A DNA stretch of 57,266 nucleotides from a virus. Its lineage: Duplodnaviria; Caudoviricetes. Shown piece by piece: positions 1-9,545 of the stretch. A program made the position numbers and the translations under genes. The notes beneath the pieces were generated by a model. It did not search any database, was not told the origin of the DNA, and worked only from the letters and a program-made list of their open reading frames with translations. Within the stretch, counting starts at the first letter, position 1, and every line of letters starts with the position of its first letter. The stretch is from positions 1-57,266 of IMG/VR virus record IMGVR_UViG_3300020469_000055, one strand, 5' to 3'.

Positions 1-64
1 GCAATGGAAGAACCGCCAAGGTAAAAACCAACGGCGGCAAGAAGAGCAGCGCGAAGCTCAGGTA
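1..64. repeat. Terminal overlap identical to 57203-57266 (circular assembly junction)
   Basis: The first 64 nt match the last 64 nt exactly, and an ORF reads through the junction. Confidence 0.97.
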
Positions 65-395
65 ACACGATGATTCCCTGTAGTCTAGTCCAGCCGCCCG
101 AGAAAATTCCAAGGAGGTCCCAAGGGGCTCGTTCGTTTTCAACCCACGTATCAACTCCGACGAGGGCTCCGATAAACGGGGCGACTGCAAGGACCCAGAG
201 GACGGTAAAGACGAGCACCCGCCTACCAAAATGGGTGCCACGATTAGCAGCCCTATCCGCTGAATCATCTGCTGCTTTTTGTTTTTGTAAAAGCATCTCT
301 GTAGTTTTCTGCTGGTTTTCAACAGACATTGCCATATATCTAAATATAAAACCTGCAAGTCCTCCTCCTAACATTGAAATTAATTCCATACTCAT
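1..395 (-). CDS. Origin-spanning membrane protein, possible holin (135 aa; continues 57202..57190)
   Basis: Manual translation: MSMELISMLGGGLAGFIFRY...RRVLVFTVLWVLAVAPFIGALVG...LLAAVGFYLGGSSIARGK*. It has 2-3 hydrophobic segments and is missing from the ORF track because it crosses the junction. Confidence 0.75.
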   Translation of the reverse strand, partial: MSMELISMLGGGLAGFIFRYMAMSVENQQKTTEMLLQKQKAADDSADRAANRGTHFGRRVLVFTVLWVLAVAPFIGALVGVDTWVENERAPWDLLGIFSGGWTRLQGIIVLPELRAALLAAVGFYLGGSSI

Positions 396-407
396 TAGTA
401 TAATCCT

Positions 408-671
408 TTATCTAGGCATTTCTTTTGCAATGGACATCATTCTACTGGTAGCCCACTCCCCTTGTTTATCAACCTTTGATATAATCATATCTATATCACG
501 CCTAAGTTGTTCTGTATCTTTCTGTTGCATGCTCATTAAACTGTCTATTCTTTTTGAGTTTTCTGAAACCTTGTGACTTATCTTCCAGACAAAACCAACT
601 AAACCCAATAAAGAAGATCCAACAAGCATCATCAATAATTCGACAATTTTTTCGTCAGTAATAAGCTCCAT
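408..671 (-). CDS. Small membrane protein with one TM and a coiled coil (lysis-module candidate)
   Basis: Hydrophobic LLMMLVGSSLLGLVGFVW followed by a heptad-like tail. Confidence 0.6.
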   Translation of the reverse strand: MELITDEKIVELLMMLVGSSLLGLVGFVWKISHKVSENSKRIDSLMSMQQKDTEQLRRDIDMIISKVDKQGEWATSRMMSIAKEMPR

Positions 672-711
672 TGTATTCCCCCGTAATGAAAATTAATAAA
701 TGCTTAAACTT

Positions 712-749
712 TATTAAAGGCGCTAGGGGACACAGGGACCCCTAACGCC
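712..749 (-). terminator. GC-rich hairpin, probable intrinsic terminator
   Basis: GGCGUUAGGGG...CCCCUAGCGCC followed by UUUAAU on the minus strand. Confidence 0.55.
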
Positions 750-762
750 ACTATGAGAAGTT

Positions 763-846
763 CCGACGCTGCTTGCCCTGAGGCATGCTGCACTGAAGGG
801 CGTAACTTATGACGTTCGCTCCACAAGCTGCAACAGCAGCAGACGG
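763..846 (-). ncRNA. Candidate structured RNA (three-way junction)
   Basis: CCGUCUGCUGCU pairs with AGCAGCGUCGG; inner helix GUUGCA/UGCAGC and hairpin UGCC-UCAG-GGCA. It is a GC-rich island in an AT-rich intergenic region. Confidence 0.4.
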
Positions 847-877
847 CCCTAAGGTTTAAAAGATCTATACTTTTTAT

Positions 878-1702
878 TTAAGAAGTAAAGATTTCAATGA
901 CTACGCCCATATTTGCATCCCACCCAAGATTGTGGCCAAAGCCATTTGTGTTATCGGGAGTGGGAGTTCCACCAGAAAAGTCAGTTTGAAGAAATGACAT
1001 CGAAAGACTTCTTAGGTTACTAGAATTGTTATCTTTCGTAGGATCAGCACCTGTATTTGTACCACCGTACACTGTCTCCAAAACAGACAAAATTCTTGAC
1101 GTTGCTACGTATGTCGAACCATTATTTTGTACTGTCATTCTTATCTTAATATTAGTTCCAAGCTCGGCAATAAAGTTGTCCCTGTCTGTATCGTTTCCAA
1201 ATCTAATATCAATTAGAACAAGATCTTCGCTTCCTACAGTGCTTGGACGGATTCGTGGGTAAGTACCACCTCCTGCCAGAGGATCATAAGTAACAGACTC
1301 TGCTATAGAGTATGACGAGTTTGCATTCCACCATGACTGACTAAGTTGTTTAGCTAAAGGTGTAGCTGAGTCTTCAGCCTTCGTATAAGTAACATATACA
1401 ACCTCTTCAGCATCAATAGTACTTCCTCTACTTGTAATAGAGCTATTCATCCACTGATTAAAGCTAGCTTCGTTTCCATTGTTAGACGTATATAGCCCAA
1501 CTAAAACACCTAAGGCATAAGATCTGTTTTCATAAATACCAACAAGATCTGTTCGATTAATCCTTAATGCCCATCTTGTATCAGAAAATTTACTAATACT
1601 AAAGGATAGGGCTGGATTAAATTTATGCGTAACTGTACCTCCAATAGCTCTAGCTTGGCTATCGTAATTATAACTAGTTCCGCCAATTGTTATACTTGGC
1701 AT
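878..1702 (-). CDS. Putative tail-fibre-associated/virion protein (paralogue of 1720..2436)
   Basis: 274 aa, G/S/T/N-rich, located downstream of the tail fibre. Confidence 0.55.
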   Translation of the reverse strand: MPSITIGGTSYNYDSQARAIGGTVTHKFNPALSFSISKFSDTRWALRINRTDLVGIYENRSYALGVLVGLYTSNNGNEASFNQWMNSSITSRGSTIDAEEVVYVTYTKAEDSATPLAKQLSQSWWNANSSYSIAESVTYDPLAGGGTYPRIRPSTVGSEDLVLIDIRFGNDTDRDNFIAELGTNIKIRMTVQNNGSTYVATSRILSVLETVYGGTNTGADPTKDNNSSNLRSLSMSFLQTDFSGGTPTPDNTNGFGHNLGWDANMGVVIEIFTS

Positions 1703-1719
1703 TAATTATTCTCCATAAA

Positions 1720-2436
1720 TTATCCTTTGCCAACTTCAATTTTAATTGAGTCAGCTTGGTCCCATCCAAAAGTTCCACCAGCTTCTATTTGAGCTGTAGT
1801 AAAAGTAGTTGTAGTTCCTTCATCATCTATCCAGTACCACACAGAGTCACCCGCGCCAGCATTAACTCCTCTATATGCTTTAGGAGTTCCTCCAGTAGAT
1901 GGAGTAACTGTAAGCCTTACCCAGGGATTAGAAACTCCACCAATTGTTGCATCAGGATCATCAGCAGAAAACATAATATACTCTCTATGAATCCTGCTAC
2001 CTCGGTCTATTTTAAGGTAGGTTCCTGTATCTGTACTAGTAGAGGTCCATGTTCCGGTGGATAGATTATTCCACCAACCATTACCGGCTCTCCATCGCCA
2101 TAAGTCTGCACCAAGATTAAAAGTATCAAGGATAACCTCAGTGACATCAGACTCAATAACTCCACGATTATTTGAAATCATTTCTTGGATGGCGGCATTT
2201 ACTTGTGCTTCTCCTCCGTTTTTTTGAAGCATAACGCCATGCAATAAAGCTAGGGCATCTGCTTGTGAAGGAAGACCATAGCCTAAAAGAATTCCTTGAT
2301 TAATAGTTGCATACCAACCTTCTGTATAAGATAGTTTCTTAACTTCAAAAGATCCAACTGTTAAGTCCATGAAATTACGGGTAGACATAATACCAGAAGC
2401 ATTAAGTTTTGTTGTATCAATATCACCTAAAGCCAT
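1720..2436 (-). CDS. Putative tail-fibre-associated/virion protein
   Basis: 238 aa, G/T/W-rich, abuts the tail fibre gene. Confidence 0.55.
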   Translation of the reverse strand: MALGDIDTTKLNASGIMSTRNFMDLTVGSFEVKKLSYTEGWYATINQGILLGYGLPSQADALALLHGVMLQKNGGEAQVNAAIQEMISNNRGVIESDVTEVILDTFNLGADLWRWRAGNGWWNNLSTGTWTSTSTDTGTYLKIDRGSRIHREYIMFSADDPDATIGGVSNPWVRLTVTPSTGGTPKAYRGVNAGAGDSVWYWIDDEGTTTTFTTAQIEAGGTFGWDQADSIKIEVGKG

Positions 2437-2437
2437 A

Positions 2438-4297
2438 TTATTCTCCCTGTGATTCTAATTCTTCAACACGAGCAGTAAGGTTTTTTACTGCTTCAAGAAG
2501 AACACCACAAAGAGATCCTAAATCTACCTGCTTGTTTCCATTTTCATCATCACGAACAACAACATCTAACCCTACACTTTCTAAATCTTGTGCAGTTGGT
2601 CCATAGTGAACTAACTCTTCTTCATCAGCTAAAAACTTATAATGTCCAAAAGTATTAAGATTTTTAATTAAGTCTTCGGGAGAAGTAAGATTAGTTAAAC
2701 CTAAGTTATAGTCTTTAAGATTAGCATCCGAACTTACATTAAATGCAGTTCCGTTAAAAGAAGAAACAGAAGTACATTTTCCGTTTCCGCGAACACCAAA
2801 TCTTACAGGAGTACCAGCACTAGCATCATAAATTCTAAAAACATCGCTGGTGCTAGAACTAACAAAGTCGGGACGAATGTCAACAAAATCGGTATTATTT
2901 CCATAGATTCTATTAAAGCGATACGTAGATACATCATTATTATCATCTTCGGTAAACTGAAATGAAGTTCTTCCGCCATCACTAGTATAAACTCGTCGCT
3001 GCATAGTTGTAGTAGATAGGTTACTTCGTGCTCTACGAGGATCTATAAACAACCAACTACTATTAGACTGAACACCACCCTTTGTCGCTCCAGTATCACT
3101 TGGATCAATATAGTAAGCATACCCATGAGGATTATGGAGAAAATAGACATTATCTTCTACAGTAGTATTTCCTCTAGTGTCTGTACTAGGAGTATGAACA
3201 TGGTTAGTTTGTCCACTTATTTTTACTCTAAATCTATTATTGTTTGTAGCTTTAATACCATAAACTGGATTAATTTCAGTATCAGACGTAGATCCTGAAC
3301 CAAGATTTAGGTTAGTAGAAACAGTAGAAGAAGTAGTAGATACATCATTAGCAGTTAAAGCACCAGTTGTAAGACTACTAGGTGCGTTTGTAATGTTACC
3401 AGTAAAAGCAAAACCAGTGCTAGCATCGTAAGTTAATGCAGCAGTTTTATTTTGAAGATTGGTAATGTCAGTATCATTAGAAGAAATGTTAGAAATGTTT
3501 GCGTTGATTTTATCATTAACACTATTACTTCCATCATAAGCAACATTAGATCCCTGAATATCAAAGGCTACCCAGCCAAAGGCTCCATTCGCATCTGTAG
3601 CTCCAAGATACTTTCCATTATCACTTGCTCCAGGAATAGGAGTAGTTCCTAATGCTCCAATTTCTACTTTATTTGTAGAAGCATTAAAGGTAAGAGGACC
3701 AGCAGATCCAAAAGCATTAACATCACCTAAGTCTGTAATTGAATAACCTGATAAAGATAATTCATCAGCAGATACTCCCGATCCACCAGATCCTCCAAAA
3801 GCAGTAAGCTCCTGAGAAGCATTAAATAGCTGATCAACAGCTAAGTTAAGAGAGGTTGAGGTTAGTCGGCTACCTGCCTGAAACGAAACAGACTTGTCAT
3901 TTAGAGAGGTAGATCTTCGAATAACAATTGGTTCCGTAGTAGAAACAGACAGAGATGCTGCATAAAAATAGTCAACACCATCAATTTGGCGAGAAGTACC
4001 TTGAAGACTTGAAAGATTAAAAGTAATAGTATTAGCACTAGCATTGACTGTATAAGCAGTCGTAGGAATAACAGTTAAAATCTCAAGAATCCTATCACTA
4101 AGACTGTTAGTTGCCGTTGCAGTTCCTACTCCTTGCGCGCCTCCAACATGAATCGTAGTAGGAACATATCGAAGTTGAATCTGAGCCGCATCCGTAAGAG
4201 ACGCATTTAAAGTAAGGCTACTATATAAATAGCTATTAGTTTCACTGGACGCTGTATGCTTTTGCTCAAACGCCGTAGTATTGTCAATAAAAGGCAT
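2438..4297 (-). CDS. Tail fibre (T7 gp17-like N-terminal adaptor, C-terminal Peptidase_S74-type intramolecular chaperone)
   Basis: Adaptor motif IRRSTS...FQAGSRLTSTSLNLAVDQLFNASQE; chaperone motif SSDANLKD...GPTAQDLE...LLEAVKNLTARVEELE. Confidence 0.85.
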   Translation of the reverse strand: MPFIDNTTAFEQKHTASSETNSYLYSSLTLNASLTDAAQIQLRYVPTTIHVGGAQGVGTATATNSLSDRILEILTVIPTTAYTVNASANTITFNLSSLQGTSRQIDGVDYFYAASLSVSTTEPIVIRRSTSLNDKSVSFQAGSRLTSTSLNLAVDQLFNASQELTAFGGSGGSGVSADELSLSGYSITDLGDVNAFGSAGPLTFNASTNKVEIGALGTTPIPGASDNGKYLGATDANGAFGWVAFDIQGSNVAYDGSNSVNDKINANISNISSNDTDITNLQNKTAALTYDASTGFAFTGNITNAPSSLTTGALTANDVSTTSSTVSTNLNLGSGSTSDTEINPVYGIKATNNNRFRVKISGQTNHVHTPSTDTRGNTTVEDNVYFLHNPHGYAYYIDPSDTGATKGGVQSNSSWLFIDPRRARSNLSTTTMQRRVYTSDGGRTSFQFTEDDNNDVSTYRFNRIYGNNTDFVDIRPDFVSSSTSDVFRIYDASAGTPVRFGVRGNGKCTSVSSFNGTAFNVSSDANLKDYNLGLTNLTSPEDLIKNLNTFGHYKFLADEEELVHYGPTAQDLESVGLDVVVRDDENGNKQVDLGSLCGVLLEAVKNLTARVEELESQGE

Positions 4298-4328
4298 AGT
4301 TAGCCTCCTTTATTTTAAAGTATATAAT

Positions 4329-4359
4329 AGTCCCCGATCACCTTTCGACAACCGAGGAC
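4329..4359 (-). terminator. GAAA-capped hairpin between tail tube B and tail fibre (terminator or processing site)
   Basis: GUCCUCGGUUGUC-GAAA-GGUGAUCGGGGAC, with several G-U pairs on the minus strand. Confidence 0.45.
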
Positions 4360-4376
4360 AAAAGGAAAGGAGAACA

Positions 4377-7325
4377 TTAAAGTACGGAAGAGTAAGTCTG
4401 TTTAAACTTACCCTTAATTTCAATATTAGTAATATTAAGAGGGGTCATATAGTCAGAAAGGATATAAATTTCTACCTTATCACTATAGCCCATAATTTTA
4501 CTAACAAGCTCTCCTTGGTATTCAATATTACTAATGTCTAAAGATGAGTTATTAAATGTATCTACCTGAGGGGCGGCAAAAGTAGTTGTATAATTAAGCA
4601 AGTCTTTAGAATTTGCTTTATAATCTGTAACAACTGAGCTTGTTGGTCGACCCCTACGTTGCACTACAATATCATAATCTCCAGTATTGTAATGTCGAGT
4701 TACCATAGAAGCTAGATTTAAAATGCCTTCCATTGGATTATTATCTCGACCTCTAACAAACTGAGTACTAAGCTGGGCCATCATGGTAAACTTGCGTCCA
4801 ATATAATAGTTTCCTCCAGCAAGAAGCTGCTGATCGGCCTGGAAATGATCGCCTTTAACCACAATATCAGTATGATTAGTACTTGGAGTAATTGTTTTAA
4901 TTGTATAAATTCCTCCATTAACATCTACAAATTCATATGATTTAGATGCATCCATCTTATAAGGAATTCTAACAGTAGTTTCATTTACATCTGCATTATA
5001 TACACCATTAACTCCATCTCTTGAAGTACCTAAAGTATCGCCAAGAGTAATAGTAAGTTTCTGCTTTTTATCTAAGCGAGGAATATTATTGGGATCATTC
5101 CTCATAAGCTGCCGTTCAATTCGGTACTCATCTCCACTTGTTTTCATAACCATATAAACATAGTTATCCCATGATTGCATAGACATTACAGATACATCTT
5201 CAAAGATATACTTATAAAAAGCATTCTGAGCAATTTGATTGCCTCGATACTTTGTGGTATACAAATACACATCTGTTGGATTGTCAGCATCAACCGCTAA
5301 TAGCGTATCCTGAGCCGCCGCTACCGCAGTTGCTCCGTAGTTTTTAGGAAGATACTTTGCACAATGCGAAGATAATTCCTGAGCGGTTGATAAACTTCCG
5401 CCTCGTCCTAAGTAAAGATATAAACGCTCGGCATCATAAAAGAAAATATTATTGCCTAGCGTTAAAGGATCTACAAGAGGAGCCGTAGAATAAAAAGTCA
5501 TCGGCTGAAGAGAAGCTGTAAATGGAGTAATCTGGTTTTCAGAACCCATAAGTTCATATTGTGTATCTGCGTTTGTATTGACAAACATATAATCACTAAA
5601 AGGAACCATGCTAGTAATCGGCGTAAACTTATTAGCCGATGCTGCAACATCAATAGGATCTGAGTCTACAACAAGACCAGGATCTTCAATCCAAAGATCC
5701 GTAAAATCTCCGTCTCGACTTGAAAAGATTACATCTCCAGAGGACATAAACAACCTATTTCTAAAGTAGGCAATAGTTGCAATCTTAGATTGCTTGCCTT
5801 CTTTGAATGGAGTTGGCCCTGGGTTAAGATTTTTTTCAGTTCCTGAGGTTCTATGTTCCCAGTTAAGAAGTTTAAACTCCCACTGAGAAACACCAGAAGA
5901 ATTAATCCCTGTAAACTCAAAGGTTATGGGCATTCGTTTATTATCAAAAACAGAATACTCATCTGGAGTTCGTACCTTAAGAAAATGCGGAGAAGTTGTG
6001 CTTTTTGCTAAATAATATCCAGGAGCTTGCCCCTGGAATCCAGTTTGAATATAGTAAACTTTACCATCTGCTGAATTAGTTAAAGGTAAATTAGCAGCAG
6101 CATTTTTAGTAAGTCCATATAAAGCAACAAGCATATCCTCTGCGCCGTTGTTACCATCCGTTACATCGATCTGTAAGGGAGGAATAGTTAAGTCATTAAA
6201 GGTGGGAAGAGACTGACCAAGCTGAGGCTTGGAAGAGTCTGCATATTCCCAGTCTTTAACTTCAATCTGCTTTGGAGTTCTGTCTGTATCGAGAGCGGGA
6301 AGAGTAAGGCTACTGGTTGCAGTACCAAAGTTACTAGCATCCGTAGCAATAACAGTCCACTTTGCTTTTTTCGCAATATTTTCATTTGCTTCAATAGAAG
6401 TAACCGCCTGTAGGATATAAGACTTTTGTACTTTACCTACATAGGTGCCTGTATTAATATCATCCTCAGTTGCTTCAATACCATTATCATTAGAAGTACC
6501 AACACTTCCTGTAAGATCAGCAGTGCCGGGAACAACAAGAACCTGAGTTCCTCTTGCATAGCTACTATACTGATCCCAGAGAATAGCAATTGCTCCGGGA
6601 TCTACTTTAATTGCAGTTTTGTATTCTTCTTTTGCACCCTTAAGATCTTGTTTGTAAGTATTGGAAGCATCACTGCCATCACCAATTACTTTTCCATCAA
6701 AACCAATCTGAAGATAATAATCTCCTTCTTGACCAGAGGTAAGAGCTGCTGCTCCTGTACCGCTATCAAGAAAATCACCAACCGCAAGGGTTACTTTTTT
6801 AGAAGTATATCCTGCATGAACATTAGGATTTAAGAACACAACATTCTGACCCTGAGCAACTAACTTAAGAGGATCTCCGCTAGCCTGATAAGTAAGATAG
6901 GCTCTAACATCAGCTGGGATTTCTGAATCAGTTTGAGTTGCAGGGGTGTGATCAATAAAAGTATCGGTAGTTGGGTTATAATAAAAAACATAATAAAGTT
7001 TATTGCCTGATACAGTAGCACTGCGATCAATCACAATAAGATATCTAGCATTTTCCGATAAAGCATGCCAGAAAAATTCAAGGGTAGTATTTGCCGTAGG
7101 TAAGCCAAGATCATCTCCGGTAAATGCCTGAGACCCCGGATTAAAAATAGGCATAAGATCTGTTCCCGATCGTTTTTCTAAAGATCGTTCAACAGTAATC
7201 ATAGCATTTTCAAGTTCCTGAGATTCAGTTGGGAGACGCTTCGACGGGGCCTGACGGCCCACGCCACCAGACAAGGAGTAGATAGGGATATTAGTAGAAA
7301 GGGTCTTGCCTCGTCGTCTATTCAT
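4377..7325 (-). CDS. Tail tubular protein B (T7 gp12-like nozzle)
   Basis: N-terminal LSGGVGRQ...KR and IAYFRNRLFMSSGDVIFS...DSDPIDVAAS motifs; gene position. Confidence 0.92.
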   Translation of the reverse strand: MNRRRGKTLSTNIPIYSLSGGVGRQAPSKRLPTESQELENAMITVERSLEKRSGTDLMPIFNPGSQAFTGDDLGLPTANTTLEFFWHALSENARYLIVIDRSATVSGNKLYYVFYYNPTTDTFIDHTPATQTDSEIPADVRAYLTYQASGDPLKLVAQGQNVVFLNPNVHAGYTSKKVTLAVGDFLDSGTGAAALTSGQEGDYYLQIGFDGKVIGDGSDASNTYKQDLKGAKEEYKTAIKVDPGAIAILWDQYSSYARGTQVLVVPGTADLTGSVGTSNDNGIEATEDDINTGTYVGKVQKSYILQAVTSIEANENIAKKAKWTVIATDASNFGTATSSLTLPALDTDRTPKQIEVKDWEYADSSKPQLGQSLPTFNDLTIPPLQIDVTDGNNGAEDMLVALYGLTKNAAANLPLTNSADGKVYYIQTGFQGQAPGYYLAKSTTSPHFLKVRTPDEYSVFDNKRMPITFEFTGINSSGVSQWEFKLLNWEHRTSGTEKNLNPGPTPFKEGKQSKIATIAYFRNRLFMSSGDVIFSSRDGDFTDLWIEDPGLVVDSDPIDVAASANKFTPITSMVPFSDYMFVNTNADTQYELMGSENQITPFTASLQPMTFYSTAPLVDPLTLGNNIFFYDAERLYLYLGRGGSLSTAQELSSHCAKYLPKNYGATAVAAAQDTLLAVDADNPTDVYLYTTKYRGNQIAQNAFYKYIFEDVSVMSMQSWDNYVYMVMKTSGDEYRIERQLMRNDPNNIPRLDKKQKLTITLGDTLGTSRDGVNGVYNADVNETTVRIPYKMDASKSYEFVDVNGGIYTIKTITPSTNHTDIVVKGDHFQADQQLLAGGNYYIGRKFTMMAQLSTQFVRGRDNNPMEGILNLASMVTRHYNTGDYDIVVQRRGRPTSSVVTDYKANSKDLLNYTTTFAAPQVDTFNNSSLDISNIEYQGELVSKIMGYSDKVEIYILSDYMTPLNITNIEIKGKFKQTYSSVL

Positions 7326-7987
7326 TAGCTAGTCCTTCCTCGCCCGTAGCGAATATTCATTCCTCCGCCATGAGGACGAAAGACAGCTCGTCGCTTTTGA
7401 TAGCTACCAGCATCCCAAATAGTTTTATCTTTACTAAAGATGTCACGGGACTTACCTTTAGTTCCGTAAATAAGTTCATCCTGCTGAAGATACGAATCCA
7501 TATCGCGATCTCCCTGAGTAAGCATCTGGTATCGACGGGCAGCTGAAGCAGTAATACTTCGCTGGCCTGGAGTATCGATATCTTCCCAGTCAAGTTTTAC
7601 AATAATTCTACCTTTTAAAGTTTTACTTGAATAGCTAGACCAGTTAGTAGTCTGATCCGTTACATTAAAAAGAATAAATCCTCCCCCGCTTTTTTTAACG
7701 GATACGCGAACAAGCTCTCCGTCTGAGTTATAGCAAGGAGTAATTATATCAAGACTCATAATATTGCTGGGAAGGCTAATAAGTTTAGTCTCAGAATCAA
7801 CTTTTAAGTCATAAGTATATACATTATTAGCCAAACCCCGAAGCTGAAAATCCTGAGTATATTGATCAAGGAGATATTCAGCAATGCTACTATCCACCCC
7901 GCTTTGATTTTCAAGATCCGAAATAATGGCCTCACCCGCAGCCAGTAGACACTGGTTAACTGCGTCTAATCTAGTCATCTGGCCCAT
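7325..7987 (-). CDS. Tail tubular protein A (T7 gp11-like)
   Basis: TRLDAVNQCLLAAGE N-terminus and AARRYQ motif; follows the capsid gene. Confidence 0.9.
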   Translation of the reverse strand: MGQMTRLDAVNQCLLAAGEAIISDLENQSGVDSSIAEYLLDQYTQDFQLRGLANNVYTYDLKVDSETKLISLPSNIMSLDIITPCYNSDGELVRVSVKKSGGGFILFNVTDQTTNWSSYSSKTLKGRIIVKLDWEDIDTPGQRSITASAARRYQMLTQGDRDMDSYLQQDELIYGTKGKSRDIFSKDKTIWDAGSYQKRRAVFRPHGGGMNIRYGRGRTS

Positions 7988-8017
7988 AAGAGGCTCCTAA
8001 TTAGAGTAATAAAATTT

Positions 8018-8054
8018 AAAATAAAACGCCGACCGGGGTTTCCCCCGATCGACG
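8018..8054 (-). terminator. Intrinsic terminator after the major capsid gene (T-phi equivalent)
   Basis: CGUCGAUCGGGG-GAAA-CCCCGGUCGGCG-UUUUAUUUU. Confidence 0.85.
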
Positions 8055-8176
8055 CAGATAAAATATATATCAATAGATACAGCTTAACATAGCTTGAATC
8101 ACCACCCTTCGTCTTGTCCTCACTATAGAAGTGCCGCACAAAAACGCGGAGTAGAACTAATAACGAAGGAGGATTA

Positions 8177-9388
8177 TCAAATGTCGTCATATCCGAAGAA
8201 GGCGTTGTTTTCGGCATCCGTAGGACTTGCATCCGTAGGAAGACGAAGAAGACCACCAACCTTGGTTCGGTTTTCGTTTTCCGCAGCAGTAGTTCGCTTA
8301 CGAACAATAACCTTAGCAAGCTCAGGCTTAAGAATGCCCGTACCGCTCAGCATCGAAGCAACGGTAAAGGTCGTGTTACGTCGGATATCATCCTCAGTAT
8401 CAACAACCAGTCCGGTCTTACGAAGCGAAGCAACACACTCAGGCATCCAAAGAAGAGCTTCAACCTGTGCATCATTGCCATGAACATTATACTTGGCAGC
8501 ACCGATCTTACTAGTATCATAAGCCTGATTGGGAATGTGGTTCGTCTTACAAATAGTAACACCCATGTAGACGAGCTTCTCGTCCATGCCATGCATTCCC
8601 TCGGTAAACGGAGCACCCAGACCACCAGCCTGAGCAACACCACCGAACATCGGCTGCATGTTAATAGCATTAGTAGCAGTAGCACTGGTAGCAACACCAA
8701 GGCGACGAATCTGCTGGAACATCTTCGGAGTCACAGCGCAGTAAGCGTTGGACATGGGAACCGAGTTTTCCTGACAGTCCGTAATAAACTCTTCAATAGT
8801 TCCAAGAACTTCAAGAGCAGCAGCAGCATCGGGAGCAGTAAAGTTCTCAATCTGCTTAACTGCGGGCAAAGTAATGCCCGTTCGAGGATCAGAATCAAGC
8901 TTAGAAACACACCCAGCAGCAGCAATCATAACACCAATCTGCTTATCGCGAGCGTTTGCAAGCGTCTGACCAGCCTGACGAGCAAGCTCCTGACGATATT
9001 CCCACTGGGTAATCATCAGGTCAATGTTGTCAAGCTCGAAGTGAGCAGCCATCGGACGACCGTCGAGACTAACGGAAAAGTTACCGTTCTTCGCGTCTTC
9101 GCCACCATGCAGGTATTCACCAGCATTCCACTCAGCCTTCAGAGTAACGGTTCCCGTAATCGGGAATTCCATAGTTCGACCGCTTTCAAGAGTCTTGGCA
9201 GTAACCATCGGCTCAAAAAGCTTGTAAGAATCATAGGCGTGGAGAACTTCACCACTCCAAATAGGAAGCCAAAGCTTCGAAACAGTACCATCAGCGGGAC
9301 CGCCCTCACTTGCGCCGAAGGCACTACGATATGCCATATCAGCGGCGGCGAGCGAACCGGCATCAGTTTGAACAGGAGAATAACCCAT
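8177..9388 (-). CDS. Major capsid protein (gp10-like)
   Basis: LWLPIWSGEVLHAY, FPITG and GQTLANARD motifs; likely ATG at 9388 after AAGGA. Confidence 0.95.
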   Translation of the reverse strand: MGYSPVQTDAGSLAAADMAYRSAFGASEGGPADGTVSKLWLPIWSGEVLHAYDSYKLFEPMVTAKTLESGRTMEFPITGTVTLKAEWNAGEYLHGGEDAKNGNFSVSLDGRPMAAHFELDNIDLMITQWEYRQELARQAGQTLANARDKQIGVMIAAAGCVSKLDSDPRTGITLPAVKQIENFTAPDAAAALEVLGTIEEFITDCQENSVPMSNAYCAVTPKMFQQIRRLGVATSATATNAINMQPMFGGVAQAGGLGAPFTEGMHGMDEKLVYMGVTICKTNHIPNQAYDTSKIGAAKYNVHGNDAQVEALLWMPECVASLRKTGLVVDTEDDIRRNTTFTVASMLSGTGILKPELAKVIVRKRTTAAENENRTKVGGLLRLPTDASPTDAENNAFFGYDDI

Positions 9389-9545
9389 AAGTATATCCTT
9401 ATACAATAATCAATAAAATAAATATCTAAACAATACGCACATTAGGAAAAAACCAAATACCGCTCAATTGCCCCTAGCTGACAGGGATTGCTTGTATTAG
9501 TTTCAGTTTTTTAGGAGAGCTAGCTCTTTCGAGGAGATCACTAAA

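Noticed and set aside
8119-8131. Plus-strand CTCACTATAGAAG resembling a T7/SP6 promoter
   Set aside because: Single copy, antisense, unlike this phage's own consensus, and part of a hairpin.
7975-8319. T7 10B-like frameshift extension of the capsid protein
   Set aside because: The alternative frame runs through the terminator, does not look protein-like, and has no obvious slippery site.
8480-9409. Long plus-strand ORFs (this one, 70..576, 37378..37860 and others)
   Set aside because: They are antisense shadows of well-supported minus-strand genes.
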